Translations under genes and position numbers: made by a program
Shown: positions 53,902-55,019 of the stretch, piece after piece
Layout of the letters: each line of letters opens with the position of its first letter
Numbering within the stretch: the stretch's first letter is position 1
The notes under the pieces: generated by a model
What the model was told of the DNA's origin: nothing
What the model saw: the letters and a program-made list of their open reading frames with translations, nothing else
Databases searched by the model: none
Virus record (IMG/VR): IMGVR_UViG_3300016484_001516
Span: 1-55,019 of that record
DNA from: a virus
Taxonomy: Duplodnaviria; Caudoviricetes
Length of the DNA stretch: 55,019 nt
Direction: 5' to 3' (one strand)

Positions 53902-54729
53902 ATGAAAAAATTGAAAACTCCCATTACGTATTATGGGGGCAAACAGAATTTGGTATCTGTCATTTTGCCCCTCATCCCATCCCACAATTTGTACTGTGAA
54001 CCGTTTATTGGCGGTGCAGCTATTTTCTTCGCCAAGCCGAAATCTAATGTTGAGGTCATTAATGACATCAATATGTTCGCTACTGACTTCTATCAAGAAT
54101 GTCAGCTTAATTTTGATGCGCTTCAGAAACTTGTACAATCCACTCCACATTCGAGGGCTATCCACCGCCAAGCATGGGTAATTTACAACAATCCTGAAAT
54201 GTTCAGCAAGTTGCGCAGGGCTTGGTCTTTTTGGGTTCTCACTACGATTGGATTCTCAGGAATGATTTCCAATTCATTCGGCTACGGTGTAAAGCAAAAT
54301 AAATCTGAACTCCGCACAAAGAATAAGAGAGAGTCTTTCCTGCCTGAATTGAAGGAGCGTTTAGACTTGACGCAAATTGAATGTACAGACGCGATTAAGG
54401 TTATCAAGTCAAGAGATAGAGAAGATACATTTTTCTATCTTGACCCTCCTTACCCCAATGCTGACCAGGCTCACTATTCGGGTTACACGATGGCTAATTT
54501 TATGGAATTACTTGAGGTGCTAAAAAACATTAAAGGTAAATTTCTTTTGAGCAGTTACCCGTATCCCGAACTAGAGAAGTATGTCCGCGAGCATAATTGG
54601 CAGTCCATCAAGATTGAGCAACGGCTTACTGTATCTGCTAAGTCGGGTACGGGCAGGAAGAAAATGGAAGTTCTTACCGCCAACTACGACATTTATTCCC
54701 TTTTGCCTGATAAGTATCGACCCACCTAA
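53902..54729 (+). CDS. D12-class N6-adenine DNA methyltransferase (Dam-like)
   Basis: PITYYGGKQ, YCEPFIGG, EVINDI, FYLDPPY; occupies the Mu mom position. Confidence 0.92.
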   Translation: MKKLKTPITYYGGKQNLVSVILPLIPSHNLYCEPFIGGAAIFFAKPKSNVEVINDINMFATDFYQECQLNFDALQKLVQSTPHSRAIHRQAWVIYNNPEMFSKLRRAWSFWVLTTIGFSGMISNSFGYGVKQNKSELRTKNKRESFLPELKERLDLTQIECTDAIKVIKSRDREDTFFYLDPPYPNADQAHYSGYTMANFMELLEVLKNIKGKFLLSSYPYPELEKYVREHNWQSIKIEQRLTVSAKSGTGRKKMEVLTANYDIYSLLPDKYRPT

Positions 54730-54757
54730 TGCCATGTTTGTGCTTTATTTCCCATCG

Positions 54758-54784
54758 AAAAAGCCCCCTGTGAAGGGGGCTTTT
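54758..54784 (+). terminator. Intrinsic terminator
   Basis: AAAAAGCCCCC...GGGGGCTTTT. Confidence 0.8.
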
Positions 54785-54810
54785 AATTTATTTTTAAAAC
54801 GCAATTAATG

Positions 54811-54936
54811 TTCACATTTCGTTTTGTGTTTTGCGCCACGCTTATTCACATTTCGTTTTGTGTTTTTGCGTATATTTGCGCAATTAATATTCACATTTCG
54901 TTTTGTGTTCGTTCACATTTCGTTTTGCCGATTATA
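54811..54936 (-). repeat. Right-end putative transposase-binding sites (4 copies) and terminus
   Basis: TTCACATTTCGTTTTG at 54811, 54845, 54890, 54912, then CCGATTATA. Confidence 0.85.
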
Positions 54937-54937
54937 A

Positions 54938-55019
54938 ATTGCGGTTTTTGATGCAGGTTTTGATGGTGCAGATACAATTGATGTATTTGATACCCTTTGG
55001 GCGCAAAAACGCATTATTG
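54938..55019 (+). pseudogene. Host S8 (subtilisin-like) peptidase fragment, 5'-truncated at the phage end
   Basis: IAVFDAGFDGADTIDVFDTLWAQKRII (catalytic-Asp motif), preceded in frame by TAA with no start. Confidence 0.6.

Larger units (their letters stand above)
32..54936. mobile_element. Mu-like transposable (pro)phage, contractile tail, probable Bacteroidota host
   Basis: DDE transposase + MuB-like ATPase, Gam, DUF935 portal/gpF, gp36, ClpP head protease, sheath/tube/TMP/baseplate; inverted terminal motif arrays. The right boundary is supported by a truncated host frame; the left boundary is inferred by symmetry only. Confidence 0.92.

Noticed and set aside
52572-54729. Mu-type invertible G segment, gin invertase, mom, or a DGR acting on the tail fibre
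   Set aside because: No recombinase, inverted crossover sites, reverse transcriptase or template/variable repeat pair seen; a Dam-like MTase occupies the mom position
1-55019. Alternative genetic code (stop-codon reassignment)
   Set aside because: Core genes are full length under code 11, TAG and TGA both end genes at operon junctions, and no suppressor tRNA is seen

Overview
Almost the whole window (about 32-54936) is one apparently complete, ~55 kb Mu-like transposable (pro)phage with a contractile tail. TAnnTTTG promoters and SD-less AT-rich leaders point to a Bacteroidota host. Both ends carry inverted arrays of an AAAACGAAATGTGAA motif (probable transposase sites), and the right end truncates a host S8-peptidase-like frame. 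Gene order: amidoligase pair; repressor/Ner switch; DDE transposase, MuB-like ATPase, GemA-, Mor- and Gam-like genes and a long early operon (to 18.1 kb); a central accessory region (18.1-31.9 kb); divergent head/packaging and tail operons; and a terminal Dam-like methyltransferase. The most unusual features are non-coding: (1) eight copies of an ECF-sigma-like promoter (TCGTAACC-N13/14-TCGT), each heading a small gene cassette, with no sigma factor encoded in the window; (2) an RNA island at 28.3-29.1 kb with a tRNA-fMet-like gene and three ORF-free structured RNAs, including a ~215-nt pseudoknotted minus-strand RNA with its own promoter and terminator; (3) a tRNA-shaped RNA with a 43-nt anticodon arm; (4) a C4/CI-like antisense switch. 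There is also a four-nuclease defence hotspot (Shedu, DUF4365 pair, Mrr-like, orphan PD-(D/E)XK) and a baseplate-spike-like gene displaced into the early operon. All family assignments come from motif recognition by eye; no database searches or folding programs were run.
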